Under the pieces are notes generated by a model. That model was not told where the DNA came from. It saw only the letters and a program-made list of their open reading frames with translations, and ran no database searches. This document shows positions 47,615 to 59,754 of a stretch of DNA of 64,000 nt, piece by piece. The position numbers and the translations under genes were made by a program. The stretch's first letter is position 1; every line of letters starts with the position of its first letter. This DNA comes from Lama guanicoe (lineage: Eukaryota). The stretch spans positions 1,936,524 through 2,000,523 of the forward strand of contig MU053873.1 in assembly GCA_013239625.1 (NCBI GenBank), in the 5' to 3' direction.

Positions 47615-47750
47615 TTCCCTCCATCCATCCACCCATCTACCCATCCTTACACTCATCCATCCATCCACCATCCATCTATCCATCCACCCCTCTACCTGTC
47701 CATCCATCCATTCTTATACTCATGCATCCATCCACCCACCCACCATACTA
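47615..47750. repeat. Degenerate (CCAT)n
   Basis: Seen directly. Confidence 0.85.
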
Positions 47751-48190
47751 ATATTTAGTAAGCTCTGTTTACTGACTTGGCCAAGATGTAGAATTTGGGG
47801 CATCCCATTTCTCTTTTCTTTAGAATGGAACAAACCTGCCTACCTGATGGGGCTGCGGGGAGGCTCACCCAAGCTGATGCTTGCATGGTTCCTAAGGCAC
47901 GGCTGGCAGAGAGGAAGGGCTCAGGCAACATCTCAGCCGGAATCACTGGCATCGGCACCTGCACGTGCCCCTTCCCCAGCCCGCATGCTTGTTGAGCTTC
48001 CACCATCATGCCCCTCAGCAAGCTCTTTCCTAGAGGGCTCGTCACATCACCACACCTGCGCCTGCGGGAGGGGAGGGAGGACCACAGCCAGTGGCGGGGC
48101 GGGGTGGGCCTAGGGGCAGTCTGTCCTCTCGCCCTGGGGGAGGGCAGGAAGGGAGGGTTCCTGAGGGGCCAGGCATGTGTGGAGGTGGGG

Positions 48191-48445
48191 CCCCCTTCTC
48201 TCTCCAGACCTCTCCCCACCTCTCTCTCCTTTCCTTGTCTTCCCATCACTCCTTTCTCTTTCTTTCTCGCTCTTCCTTTTAGTTCTCTGCTCTCTGTCTT
48301 CCCAATTCCCACTGTCTGTCTTTTAGTCTCTCTCCTTTTTCTCCTCTTCCTCTTTCTCTCTCTGCTCCTTCTCCTCCCTCCCTCTCCCCACCTGCTCCTT
48401 CTCCTCCCTCCCTGCTCCCTCCTCCCTCTCCCTAGCTCTCTCAGC
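48191..48445. repeat. Polypyrimidine (CT-rich) tract
   Basis: About 250 bp that are almost all C/T; internal repeat ctgctccttctcctccctccct at 48362 and 48392. Confidence 0.9.
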
Positions 48446-48714
48446 ATCAGCTAAGGGACCTCTGCCATCTTGGTCTTGGCTGCCTCATAGCATCACACAT
48501 GTTCGTACAGTCTTAGAGTGACCGCTACATATCTGAGCCACAGAGGGCCTTAGGGACAGAGACCAATGGCATCAGAGACCCACAGAGCCAGACTCCGGGG
48601 ATCTCAGCACCCTAGAGCTCCAGAATCAGGATCCAAGATCGGAGGACTTTAGAATCGCAGAGAAAGGGGATGGCTCTGTGCATTTTCCACACCCCGTTCC
48701 TGTGTCACCACCTC

Positions 48715-48850
48715 CTTCATTTCACATGTATTTATTGAGCACCTGCTATGTGCCAGGCACTGTTCTAGGCCACTTGGGATAAACCCATGAACTAAGAAGG
48801 CAAAAATTCCTGCCTTCTGGACTTCGCCCAGGGAGGAGGCCATGAGAACA
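48715..48850 (-). mobile_element. L2 3' end
   Basis: tatttattgagcacctgctatgtgccaggcactgttctagg. Confidence 0.88.
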
Positions 48851-48914
48851 CATAAGGAACTGACGTGGCGAGAGAGGGGGAAATGTCTGTGGATTTGGGG
48901 GATAACTCATTACC

Positions 48915-49240
48915 GTCTGTATTAGTTCCTTAATAATTTTTTTAAATCGACTCACTTCAAACACACAAATAGATTTTTGAAAAGTAGATTTGTATTGCTG
49001 AAACAGGAAACCAGTATCAGTGGCCGCCAACAGAAGGTGTCTTCAAAAATAAACACAGTAGAAATAAAATGCAGCAATGAGAAAACTGACTTGATGGTGG
49101 CCCTTGTCTCTTCTCTGAGATCTTGTGGGGTCTGCGCCCGCTTTGTGGTGGAGGGGAGGAGGCATGTGTTGGAGCCGTTAAAGACTGGAAGTTGTAAGGA
49201 TATAAAGAGGATGGAAAAGAACATTTTATTGAAACATCCC
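48915..49240. mobile_element. Probable old hAT DNA-transposon fragment
   Basis: AT-rich; ggaaaccagtatcagtggccgccaacagaaggt...aaaaataaacacag resembles a recalled Charlie-type consensus and 8130-8310. Confidence 0.4.
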
Positions 49241-49269
49241 CTCCGTGGACTGCTGAAATCCTCAGGCCT

Positions 49270-49430
49270 GGCCTCAGCCTGCTTCTTCTGCCCTAATTAG
49301 CTGTGTGATGTGGGGCATGTCACCCAACCTCTCTGAGCCTCAGTTTCTCCATCTGGAAATGAGCCTGGTAAACATACCTTCCCCTGGGCTGTTGTAGGGG
49401 TTAATTAAAGTAAGTGATTAAGGTGGGCTG
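49270..49430 (+). mobile_element. MIR
   Basis: tagctgtgtgatgtggggcatgtcacccaacctctctgagcctcagtttctccatctggaaatg. Confidence 0.85.
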
Positions 49431-49986
49431 AAGGCAATAAAAGGGTTAGTGATTCCCCCACCCCTCAATGTTCCAGGCCCATCTGGACAGCTGTTTTTGG
49501 TTGCTGGGCTACCCACACCCCCCACCACATCTTCTCCTCTCTGCTCCGCTCTCCTCTCAGGTGGGAGTCATCCAGGAAGACTCCTCTGGGCTGAACCCTC
49601 TGGGGCAGCAGCTCCCGGCAATTTATGGCTCTGCAGCTCCCTCCTCCCTGACCCTCCCAGCGTGCTGCTCTCGCCCACTCTCGGCTGTATTTCATGCCCA
49701 TCAAGATTTAGGGTTCTACCATTTTCCTGTAGGGAAAATCGGGCTGAGGGGAATTTTAATGCAGTTTTATCCGCTCTATCATGCTCACTTTACTTGGCGG
49801 GGGAATTACAGGTGGGGTTGGACAAGTGTTCGGAACAGGCGATAAACTGCCTACATCTTTATTCCCAGCAAGAAGGGGCTGTGGGCCGTGCAGACCCCCG
49901 GGAGGCCTTGGGTTCAGACGGATTTGAATACCTGTGTCTAGACCTTCCAAAGGATCCTGGGACTTATCCTGGTGCGACAGGTGCGG

Positions 49987-50520
49987 TTCATTCATTCATG
50001 CATTCATTCCACAGGTGTATAACTGGTGCCGGCCCTGGATCAAGCACTGGGGATACAATTATGAACAGAACATGGTTGCTGCTCATACTTCCGAGTGCAG
50101 CAGGCTTAGTCTCAGGAAACCCAGGGTGCTCTGAGAGCCCCGAGGAGGCCGCTGACCTAGCCTGGGAAGTCTAGGCAGCCTTCCTGGTGGTGGTGGTAAG
50201 ACAAGGAGGAACTGTCCAGGGTTGGGGCTGGGAGTGGGGAAGGGGAAGAGGGAAGGGAAAAGGAGTGATGGGAACAGTGTGTTCAGAGAGGACGTAGCTG
50301 GAGCAGAGTGTGAGTGAGAGGTGGTGGGGCTGACCCTGGGGAGCGGGAGGCGGGGCCTCTGGCTATGGCAAATACTGTCCTGTGGGGTCCATGGAGGCGG
50401 GGACTAGGGATGGAGAAAAGTGGACACACCTGAAAGAAATTATGGGGTGGGGAGGCGCAATCCACAGGACCTGGGTTTGGGGACAGAGAGCATCTGGCTT
50501 GGTGGCTTTAAGTCAGGTGG
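49987..50520 (-). mobile_element. L2 3' region
   Basis: ttcattcattcatgcattcattc tail; gcactggggatacaattatgaacag; ggatggagaaaagtggacac. Confidence 0.7.
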
Positions 50521-51009
50521 GGGACCTTGACCTTGGACCATCAGGGGAACATGGGGCACACGGAAGAGACCATGATGACAGAGGACACGACTGATCGTTC
50601 TGGGCCAGTCTCACTGCGTCTGTATTTCTTGGGCTCTGCTGACTCAGAGATGACAAAAACTCTTTTACAGCAGACAGGCAGACTCACCGTGGGCTCAGGG
50701 ACTCCACCTCCTGTCTTATTTCCCCATGGACTGGGGGCCAGGGCTGCCCATATAGCACAGGCCTCCATCTCGGCTCCAGGGATGGTGTCAGGTGTGTGGG
50801 GGTCCGCGTGCTACAGGGTGGAGCAGAAGGGATCCTCCGGAGCAGAAGTGATGGGGGGTGTGGTCTTTCTCTATTTTCTCAAGCCCCCCTCTGGTTTTCC
50901 CTGAGGTTCTGGGGTCCTCTCCTGTATAAAGAAGGCCTTGTGTTTCTCTCTGCAATGATAATTTACTCCCCCTCATGCATCTTTTCTTTCCTCCCTCCCT
51001 CCCCCACTC

Positions 51010-51200
51010 TCATTCACTACATATTTACTGAGCGCCTGCTTTATTCCAGGCATGGTTCTAGGCACTGGGTATGCAGCCCAGAGCTAATCAGGCCAAGATC
51101 CCGGACCTCCCAGAGCTTACACTCTAGAAGGGACACCCATGATACACAAAACAGGTTAGAAGATATACTATGTCAGATAATAATAAGAACAAAGCAGAGG
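51010..51200 (-). mobile_element. L2 3' end
   Basis: catatttactgagcgcctgctttattccaggcatggttctaggcactggg. Confidence 0.8.
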
Positions 51201-51254
51201 AGGCTGCAAGGGGGGACGCGGGAGGCCCGGCCCCCGGGAGACCCGCTCTCCTGA

Positions 51255-51640
51255 ACCGGTTTCTATCATTCCCATGCCATGGCTTCATTTCCACCTCCTA
51301 CGTGCATATCCACACATGGTCTCCGGCACAGCTTGGCATGTTTTAAAACTTTCTATAAATGTGAGCATCCCATATGTATATTCCATGATTGCGTTTTTGG
51401 CTCGACCTCCTCGTTTGAGACTGATCCTTGTTGATACGTGACGCTCCAGTTGACACACTGTCACTGCGATGGACCCGTCCTCAGTAGGAATATGTCACTA
51501 CTCATTGAGTCATCCTCCTGGTGATGGACATTTAGGTTGTTTCCAATTTTTTTTTCTCTTACCACCCAAGCTGTAGGAACTTCCTTGTACCCGTCGACAC
51601 CCCCGGCCTCCAGTGTTTCCTAAAAGATAAGCACCTGGCG
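51255..51640 (-). mobile_element. L1ME-like 3' fragment
   Basis: ttttaaaactttctataaatg; cctggtgatggacatttaggttgtttccaatttt. Confidence 0.75.
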
Positions 51641-51699
51641 ACAGAAAGCCAATAATATCTGTCAAACCACTCGATGCGCTGCACAATTGGCGAGGATGA

Positions 51700-51925
51700 C
51701 GATGAAAAAAATAGCTCCCAGGTACTCAGTGCTTATTCATTCAGGGCCGTGCCAAGCACTTTAGCCCATCGCCTCCTTTTTCTCCTCACATCCCACGAGG
51801 CAGAGCCCAGCATGGAGCTCATGTAATAGGCACGTGTGGAGACCAGAGAGGTGAAGCAGCTTCCCAAAGGCCACCCAGCCAGGATGCAAACCCAGACCCT
51901 CTGAGTAACCACAGCTCTGCACTGC
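51700..51925 (-). mobile_element. MIR
   Basis: gtgccaagcacttt; cagagaggtgaagcagcttcccaaaggccacccagc. Confidence 0.65.
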
Positions 51926-52189
51926 CTGGGCCCCTACCCTCCATCACTCCCTCCATCCAGAGTAGCCTCCATCATATCCCTCAAACACCCCTGGCTTGGT
52001 GCTGACTCTGAGCATTCACACCAGCTGTTCCTTCTGCCCAGAATGCTTTTCCAGCCTCATCTCCGATCCTGCCTTTTGGGATCCTTTCTGGACCGTTTAC
52101 TCTTTTTCCTTCCCAGAATTCACCACACGTGTAATTAACCAGTCTTTTGGGTGATGGTCTGTGTCTGTAAGTCCCATGGCAGGCCCTCG

Positions 52190-52380
52190 GCTGAGTGCTT
52201 GACAGCTATGATCTCATTTCATCTTCATGATTACATCTTGAAGTGAGGAGATGGTTTTCATTTTACAGGTGAGAGAGAGAAGGTGGCTCAGAGGCATTAA
52301 GCAACTTGCCTGGGGTCACACATCCAGGGCAAGTAGAGGTGGGATTTGAAACCAGGTCTGCAGGCTCACATCACATCCGC
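52190..52380 (-). mobile_element. MIR
   Basis: atctcatttcatcttcat...cattttacaggtgag...ttaagcaacttgcctggggtcacac...gggatttgaaaccaggtctg. Confidence 0.8.
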
Positions 52381-54620
52381 CTTCACGTGTCTCCCCAAAC
52401 TCTCGAGCATCACAGAGTTCACGTGGGAGCTGGGATATGACACCTTCATTTCACAAAAGGGGAAACCGAAGCCAAGAGAGGGACCAAGATTTGCTCAATG
52501 TCACACAGAGGGTTGTCAGGAGGCGAGGCCAAACTCCGGTCATCTCCCAGACTCCCAGCACCCTGGCCACGCTGCCTCAGGCTCCATGGCCCCATCAGAA
52601 TGTCACAGCTCTCTCTCCACATTGGGGGCTGGTGGCACAGCAGCAGCGTGTGAGAGGCCTGGATCAGAGAGTGTCTGTCACTGTGGCTGGACGCTCAAGG
52701 CGGCTCCATTATTCAGGTCATCAGGCTGGAGCCACCCGGTGGGGGAGGGAGGGCCCGCTGCAGCCGGGATGGTCAGCTGGCTGGGCTGTGGGGGGCCGCA
52801 GGGCCCCGGGAGCTGTCACCGCTGACTGATGGATGGGGACAGCTTCCAGTTGCCGGCCATCCCCGCCACGAGCCCCGTGGCCATCTCTGCGGCCGCCCAC
52901 GCTGGCCTCCCGCCCGGTGCCTAGCTTTGAACGTCCACAAGGCCTTTTGTTCCCGCAGCAGGGGCTGGGCGGGCCGCAGTTAGGGGCCCCTTTCAGAGGA
53001 AGGAGCCGCCTGCTGGGGCTTCTCCCTGGCTTGGACCCCCACTGCGCTCCTCTAATTACCTGTGGGCAGGAGGGGCTGGCTGAGGGGTCCAGCTGAGCTG
53101 TTAGGAATCTGTTCAGAGGTAGGGGGTGGTGGTGGCTGGAGAAGCCTCGAATCCTAGCCCCCAGATCATAGCTCTGGGAAACTGAGGCCCAGAGAAGGCA
53201 ACAGCCTTGCTTGAGGTCATACAGCGAATTAGAGGCAAGAGGTGGGAAGGAAACTGGCATGTAATATGTTCTGAACACCAGTTATGTCCCAGGCACTTAA
53301 CAGGCACCGTCTTCTTGAATTAGAAAGTAACCTGTTTCAGGTTACCCTTGCTTCCCAGGTCTGTGTCCCCAGGCAGGCTAATTCCCTTCTCTGAGCCCCA
53401 TTTCTCCATCTATGAAATGCACTTATTTATTGAGCCCTCCTATATGCAGGACCACGAGGAGACATAAATGAGACATAGTCTCTAACCCTGAGGAGCTTTC
53501 CACCAAGCAGGCGGACGGGTGAGTCAGTTGAAAGCTAAGTGCACCGCCCGTGGTGGGTGGACAGAGGCAGAGGTGGGATCTTGGGGAGACCCCCACCCAG
53601 CCTGGAGACAGGAGGGCTCCGCGAATGGCACCAGGCTGGAGGATTTTTTCCAGAAAACCGTGGAGAGCTGTGCATGGGTTCTGAGAGTCTGGGGATGATG
53701 TCCCCAGGTTGGAGGGGCTGAGGCAGAGGCAGGGAGCGGCAAGAAGTCTCCTGGGAAGGTTCAGGTGAGAGCTGACCAGCACAGGGCCCCAGTCCCTACA
53801 TCTTTACAAGGCTGGGCTCCCAGCCAGGGGGCAGCGGACTCTTGGAGGCAGCCGCCCCTGACCCCTCCCCATGGATGTATCATTTCCCCAGAGCCTTTTG
53901 GAGATGCTGGGCCTGCTCCCATGCTGACTTGCTGTGCGCCATTTGGCAAGTCACACAACCTCTCTGGGCCTTAGTTGCCTCAACTCCCTTTGTGGAGAGC
54001 TGACTGTGTGCTGGGCACAGGGTCAGGTACTGCTCTGAGCTATCTCAGTCCTCACCACATTCGAGGGGAGGACGCAAGGCCCAAAGAAGGTGGTAGCCTT
54101 GCCCGGGTGGGTCTCCCGGGGGATCAGCAGCTGAGCCAGACTTGGAGCCTAGTCTGGGCTGGCCCAGCGCTTGCCTCGGCCGCTCTCCCATTGGCCCTGA
54201 GCTCTCCCTGGCCAGTCCCCCTTCCCTCCCCTCTGCGTCCATTTGGAGCTGGTCACGGATTTTGTTCCTTCTGCAAATGATCTCCATGTGTCAGGGATTG
54301 GGTTTCCCCTCGTCTGGCCCTGTCCCTCTGGGGACCCAGGCCCCCCACGGTCTGATGCTGCTGGGGCGGGGCCTTCCCGGGGCTCCACCGCTCCTTCTGA
54401 CCCGGGATGGGGCCCAGGCAGGAGGGGGTCTGGGCATCTGGTTTAACGATCAGAGCAGGGGCTTGTTTCGGTTTCAGTGACCCATGGAGCCCTCAGGAGA
54501 GGGAGAGAGAGCGGACTGGCAAACGGGGAGCAAGGAGGCAGCAGGGGGGGTCGGGAGAGCCGGAACTGAGCAAACAAATACCGGAGCGTTAATGGGGGAA
54601 TCCGTGGCAGAGAAAACACA

Positions 54621-54650
54621 CTCACACCCACACACACACACACACACACA
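54621..54650. repeat. (CA)n microsatellite
   Basis: Seen directly. Confidence 0.9.
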
Positions 54651-56519
54651 TGCACGGATTAAAAGCCACCTTTCACACACCTATTTGCAGACCTTCATGC
54701 ATCCTTGGTTTGAGCGGTCTGATTGCCTTGCCATTCTCCACGCACACTCCCTGCTGTCCAACCTTCTGGGCCATTCCTGCAAATGCCAGTCCTGCAACTT
54801 CCAACGCCCAGGCATCTGGGGACCCTTCCCTGATCCCCATCTTCCCCCCAACCCCCCGGCCTCGTCACTGGCAGGGCCCTCTTCCTCCTGAGATCCCCAG
54901 GCAGGGTAGGGGCAGCGCGAACATCTCTGCTCGCTGCTGGGAGTGCCGTGTGATTGTGGGCAAATCCCTTCACTTCCTCCAGAGTTTCTGGCTCCTCATC
55001 TGTCAGAAGGCCACTCCACAGCCTTCTGCCTCACTGGAGTCTCCTGACAAGCCTACTGTGATTGTCGGCAGTTTGAAGATGAGAAAAGAGAGTTCAGAAA
55101 GGTTTAGTAACTAGCCCAGGGTCACCCAGCTGTGGATTCAAGTCCAGCCCCTGCGCTTTCCCCACTTCTCTTGTTGAGAACGGCCAGCCCAGGGGGTTCA
55201 GAAAAGCTTAGGCCTACTCCCCCTTGGCACTGCCAACCCTCCAGTCACCACTCCTAGGCTCCCCTTTAATCGTCACTCTAACAGTGGTGTGTGATTTATA
55301 AGGGCCCGTTTGGTCTGGGCCCAGCTGGGGGGACCCGGGCTTCTCCCGGCCCCTCTGGGCTCAGTCTTCTGCTCTGCAGGCAGGGAAGCAGATTCCTCCT
55401 CGCTCGACCCGGTCCTCCACTCTGGGAGGCAGACTGGGTGGGAAGAGAGGCTCCCACTTCACAAAAGGGGAAAGTGAGGTTCAGAAGGACCAACAGCCTT
55501 TCCAAGGAAACACAGCCAGGCTGGGGCAGGGCTGGGATTCGAACTCGGGTTTTCAGCTTTGCCTATTAAGCCCCGACTGCCTGCTTCCACCTGGTAGGCA
55601 TAAACCATGCCCGGATGATGTTGTGCATCTTGCTAATCCCCTCGCTGGCCTCCACCTTGGGAGCCCATCAGAGCAGGCATTAAGGCTGAGGGGGCTGGGG
55701 AGGTGGTCTGGGGAGGGAGGGGCTCCATGGGGACTCAGGGTTCCACCGATCCCCTGCTTCACTCCCAAGTCCGGTGGCAGCTTTATTTCATCTATCAAAT
55801 GGTTGTCCTATTAGTGCCCGCCTTGTAGTAGTCATGAGGATGCAAATGAGGTAGTAATAAAATGTATCCAGCGCTTAGAACAAGGCCATGTAAGCGCTGG
55901 CTGTTACTAACATTATTCATCACGAGCTTGGCATCGTGTTTGTTAGGCACTGAGGCTCTTTTTAGCAAAAATCTAGTTCATCGTCAAAGGATTTGGGGTC
56001 GAGTTGGCCTATGACACTGGCCTTAGCCTCTCCAAGCCTCAGTTTCTGCATCTGTGAAGTGGGGGCGATGCTGTCACCCTCACCATTGTTTGCCAACGCA
56101 GAGTCTCAAGCTGTCTGGAACCAATGGACGACACGTCTGACACGGTCCGCACTGGCTCCTCTGGCCCATCTCTCCCTGCAAAGCCCCAGCCCAGGACCCA
56201 GTGAAACCAGCTTCCCCAGGGTGTGTGGAGGGTGGTCAGTAGTCAGTTTCAGCCCCGGCGGGGCTGGCCGGCTGGGGCCAGCCTGACCCTCCATCTGGAC
56301 TGAAAATACCCGTGCAAATCCCCCTGGTAAGTTACCCAGCCTCCTCCCGCCGGGCCTCCCGGGGACACACCAGAGGCTAAAATAAGACCTGAGGTCAGCA
56401 GGAGGCTGTCCCTGGTGCCACCCGATTCAGCCCAGCCCTGTGGGGGCTCAGCATTCCTGGCACGGCCGGATTCTGAAATGATGGTCGGCAGGCTGGTACC
56501 AGGCTGAACCACGTCCAGC

Positions 56520-56660
56520 CTCTCAGGGGTTTTCGGATTCAGGTTCCCTGCCTTGACCCCGAGGGGCAGTCAGCGGCCTGAGGTGGGGCCTAGACATCTG
56601 TTTACTACAAAGCTCCCAAGCGGTCCTGCTGCCAGCCAGCACCGAGTGTCCGCTTTCTAC
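56520..56660. mobile_element. MER5A-like hAT MITE, degraded
   Basis: ggcctgaggtggggcctagacatctgttt...aagctccca. Confidence 0.55.
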
Positions 56661-57989
56661 CACCCTGGACGCTGATTTGCACTTGTTTATTCTCACCTGC
56701 CTCCCTTGCATCAGCACTGGGGCCCTGAGGGCAGCGCTGGATCTGAGTTACCTCTGCCTGTCGAGTAAGTCAAAGAGTGATTGTCCAGCTTCTCAAAGAG
56801 AATTCTGGGCTTTCCCCTCCCTTGACAGCAGGGAGAACTTTGGGACCAATACTGCCCTTGACACTTGAGCTCAGTTTAGAGACATGAAGAAGCATTTTCC
56901 AGATTGCTTGGAGCTCCCTCCTCCGGGCAGTCTTCCTTGATGCCTTCCCCACCGCCTCTGCCCCATGACCCCTGGGCTTCCCTCACTCATCTCATGTGTT
57001 CCCTTGTTTGTCTCCCTCTCCCCAGCTCCCACTCCTGGCCTGGCAGGGAGTAGATAAGCAGTAACTGTTGAATGACCAAGCAGATGAATAAATGAAGGAC
57101 CCACATGACTGAATCCCTGCCCAGTTTTGCCTTCTAATCTGGGAAGTCTTGGAAAAGGCTGCCCCTCTCTTGCCACATTTTTGATTTTCTCTAGTCCTGT
57201 TGCGCTGAGTTCCTGGCTCTTTCTCCAGCCCCCAAGCCTTTGTATGTGCTGTTCCTCCTGCCTGAGACCCCCTCCTCCTAGCTAGTTCCTCCTCCTCCTC
57301 CACATCATGGCTTCAATGCCTCTGCTGTGAGTGTCTCTGACTGTGTCCGCTAAGCCCCCTGTTCTAATTGAAGCCACTATCTTCCCAAAGTGTGAGCCCC
57401 TTAAGGTGGAAGCCATGTTGCTGTCATCCCAGCCAGAACGTTTGCTGAGTGAACACATGACCTTGTTGAAAAACCTCAACTGTGGCTTCTTTTAATGTTG
57501 GTTCTAAACCCTAGTGTGGCTGAGGGACCTGGGCTGCAGTCCCATGGAGGTGGGGGAGTCATGACAGGTGCAGGCCCTGCCCTCAGCTCAGGACCACAGG
57601 CCATTCCTCCACTGAGCAGTGTTCCCTTCCAGAGCTCAGAAAGGCCAGAGGTCACACAGCAAGGGGTGGAGAAGCAGTGGGTGAGCCTCCAGGGTGCGGC
57701 CCCAAAGCCACGCTGGAGAGTTCCGGGCCCGCATGTCCCCTCGGGACCTGTAGGAGCAAGTGGGACAGCACCCGGGAAAGCTCTCGGTCACCTTACAAAC
57801 TTGTGTGAATGTCAGGGGTGAGTATTTCGATCAAGTTGAGCAGCTCCCACTGCCAGGCATGGCCTGACCCATCTTCCTGAGTGATGATGGTAATGATGAT
57901 GGTGGTGGTGTATCAGTTGATTAGAAGCCAGGAGTGCCTTGCCAAGTACTGAGTATTTGAGAAAAGGAGAAAGAGAGTATTACAGTGGT

Positions 57990-58170
57990 GACCATACTTG
58001 TAGGCGTCTGCAGTGTGCCAGACACTCTCCTAATGGTATTAACTCATTTAATCCTCTGGATAATCCATTTTACAGATGAGGCAACTGAGGCCTAGAGAGG
58101 CTAAGGGAGTCTCTTGAGGTCAGACAGCCAGTTGGGGGTAGAGGCAGGACCTGACTCGGGGTCTCTGTGA
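57990..58170 (-). mobile_element. MIR
   Basis: tattaactcatttaatcctc...ccattttacagatgaggcaactgaggcctagagagg. Confidence 0.85.
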
Positions 58171-58309
58171 ACCTGACCGCAATAACAGATGACATCTGGG
58201 TCAGCCATGGGCCCTGCGTTCAGGGGCTGGGCCCACAGACGGTAAACTCTCAAGCTTCCGCAGCCCCAGTCCTTTCATCCCAACAGGTACATGCCTTCCT
58301 GTCTTCTGT

Positions 58310-58600
58310 CACACTTATTCAATCAAAAAACATGCACTGAGCACCTACTGTGAACCCAGACAGCTCTCACACTGGAGTACAGCTGTGGACATGCGTGCCC
58401 CATCCAGGTAAGGAGGTGACACTTAGTCACGCTCTGGTGTGTGCCCTGAAGGGGAGGACCAGGTAAATGAGGAACTCACCCGGTTTCATTTTGCTTTTTT
58501 GTGGGAGATCAGGGGAGGCTTCCAGGAGGAAGTAACATTTAAATGGAGACTTGAAGGAGGAACAGGAGTTGGGAGGGAGCCGGCAATGGTACGGAGGCAA
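58310..58600 (-). mobile_element. L2 fragment
   Basis: cactgagcacctactgtg; atcaggggaggcttccaggaggaagtaacattt. Confidence 0.7.
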
Positions 58601-58649
58601 GGAGGAGAGGTGAGGCTCCCAGGGACACGATGCTCCGATTTATCCCGCC

Positions 58650-58945
58650 CCCAGGCCTGCGCTTGGTCTGTTCCTCTGTCTGCTGCACTTTTCCTGCCTC
58701 TTGCTCTGGCTCCTGCTTGATTTCCAAGTCTAAGTTCAGACATCATCTCCTCTGGGAAGCTGCCCTAGTGCCCCCTTGGCTGGGTTGGTGGCCTCGAGGC
58801 CATGACAGCTCCCCGTGTTCCTGAATCATCATTAGATTGAGAGCTTTCAGAAGGCAGGGCCGGGTCTGGTCACCACTCTGGTCCCTGTCATTGCAAAGCA
58901 GGTGACTAATGAGTGTTTACTGAATAAATGAAGGAGTGAATGAAA
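58650..58945 (+). mobile_element. L2 3' end
   Basis: catctcctctgggaagctgccct; attagattgagagctttcagaaggcaggg; gtttactgaataaatgaa. Confidence 0.7.
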
Positions 58946-59579
58946 CCAGTTTCCCTGCCTCTCTTTGCCGAGGCTGGAGGCTGCGAACCCTGGTACCCAG
59001 GAGTCCCACAGACACAGCCCCCTTTTGCCTACAAATGGCTCCAGTCTGGGAGTTTACCCAACCCCAAATGATGACCCACATGGACCCACATGGGGTGGGG
59101 TGGGGCACTGCACCCCATCACTCAAGGGCAGGAGGGAGGTTTCATTGGCAGGGGTGAACCTTCAGCCAATGGGTCAAATGCTTTGATTTGATTTTTGTTC
59201 TCATCTGTTTGAAAACTCCTGCTGGAACACAGCCACAAGTACCCGTAGGGACACACACAGACCAGACACATGCCCAGGCTCACGCACGGACACACAGACC
59301 ATACCTGGTTGCCCACATGTGCCCGTAGACACACACAGAGACATACACACAGACACACGGACGAGGACGCACGTTTCTAAGCCCCGAAGCAGGAGGGCGA
59401 CTATTGGGTAGTCCCCAGGCCGCGGGTCCTGGCCCGTGGTTCTCATCCTTTTTGTCCTGGTCTGTGGGTAAATTAGGCTAAGTGGCTGCACAGCACAAAA
59501 GCTTATTGTGGGGACCAAATGCGCGAGATGGTGGAAGTCCAGCTTCGCGAGGCTCCCAGCGGGCGTTCAGCGCGTGGGG

Positions 59580-59754
59580 CAGGGCGGCTGTCACGGGGTA
59601 AGGCCTCTGCAGCCCAGGAGGACCCCATGCTCAGAAGGGCCCCTGCTTGCTTTAGGCTCTCCTGTTACCATTTTGAAACCCTTAATAACTTCTGAACAAG
59701 GGATCTCGCAGTATCGTTTTGCACTGGGTCCTGTGAATTGCGTAGCTGGTGCTG
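59580..59754 (+). mobile_element. hAT-Tip100 MITE, MER45A-like
   Basis: cagggc...ccccatgctcagaagggcccc...ttgaaacccttaataacttctgaacaaggg...ttttgcactgggtcctgtgaattgcgtagctggtgctg. Confidence 0.85.

Noticed and set aside
47755..48447. R/E/K/G-rich 230-aa ORF, and the L/S/P/F-rich ORF on the opposite strand
   Set aside because: These are translations of the CT-rich low-complexity tract.
53821..53835. CTCF-like motif CAGCCAGGGGGCAGC (and a weaker one at about 461-478)
   Set aside because: It mismatches a conserved core position, and such matches are common in GC-rich DNA.
5749..55847. Additional octamer matches at about 5750, 20727 and 55840
   Set aside because: They lie inside L2, MER3-like and MIR sequence, so they were not counted as independent regulatory evidence.
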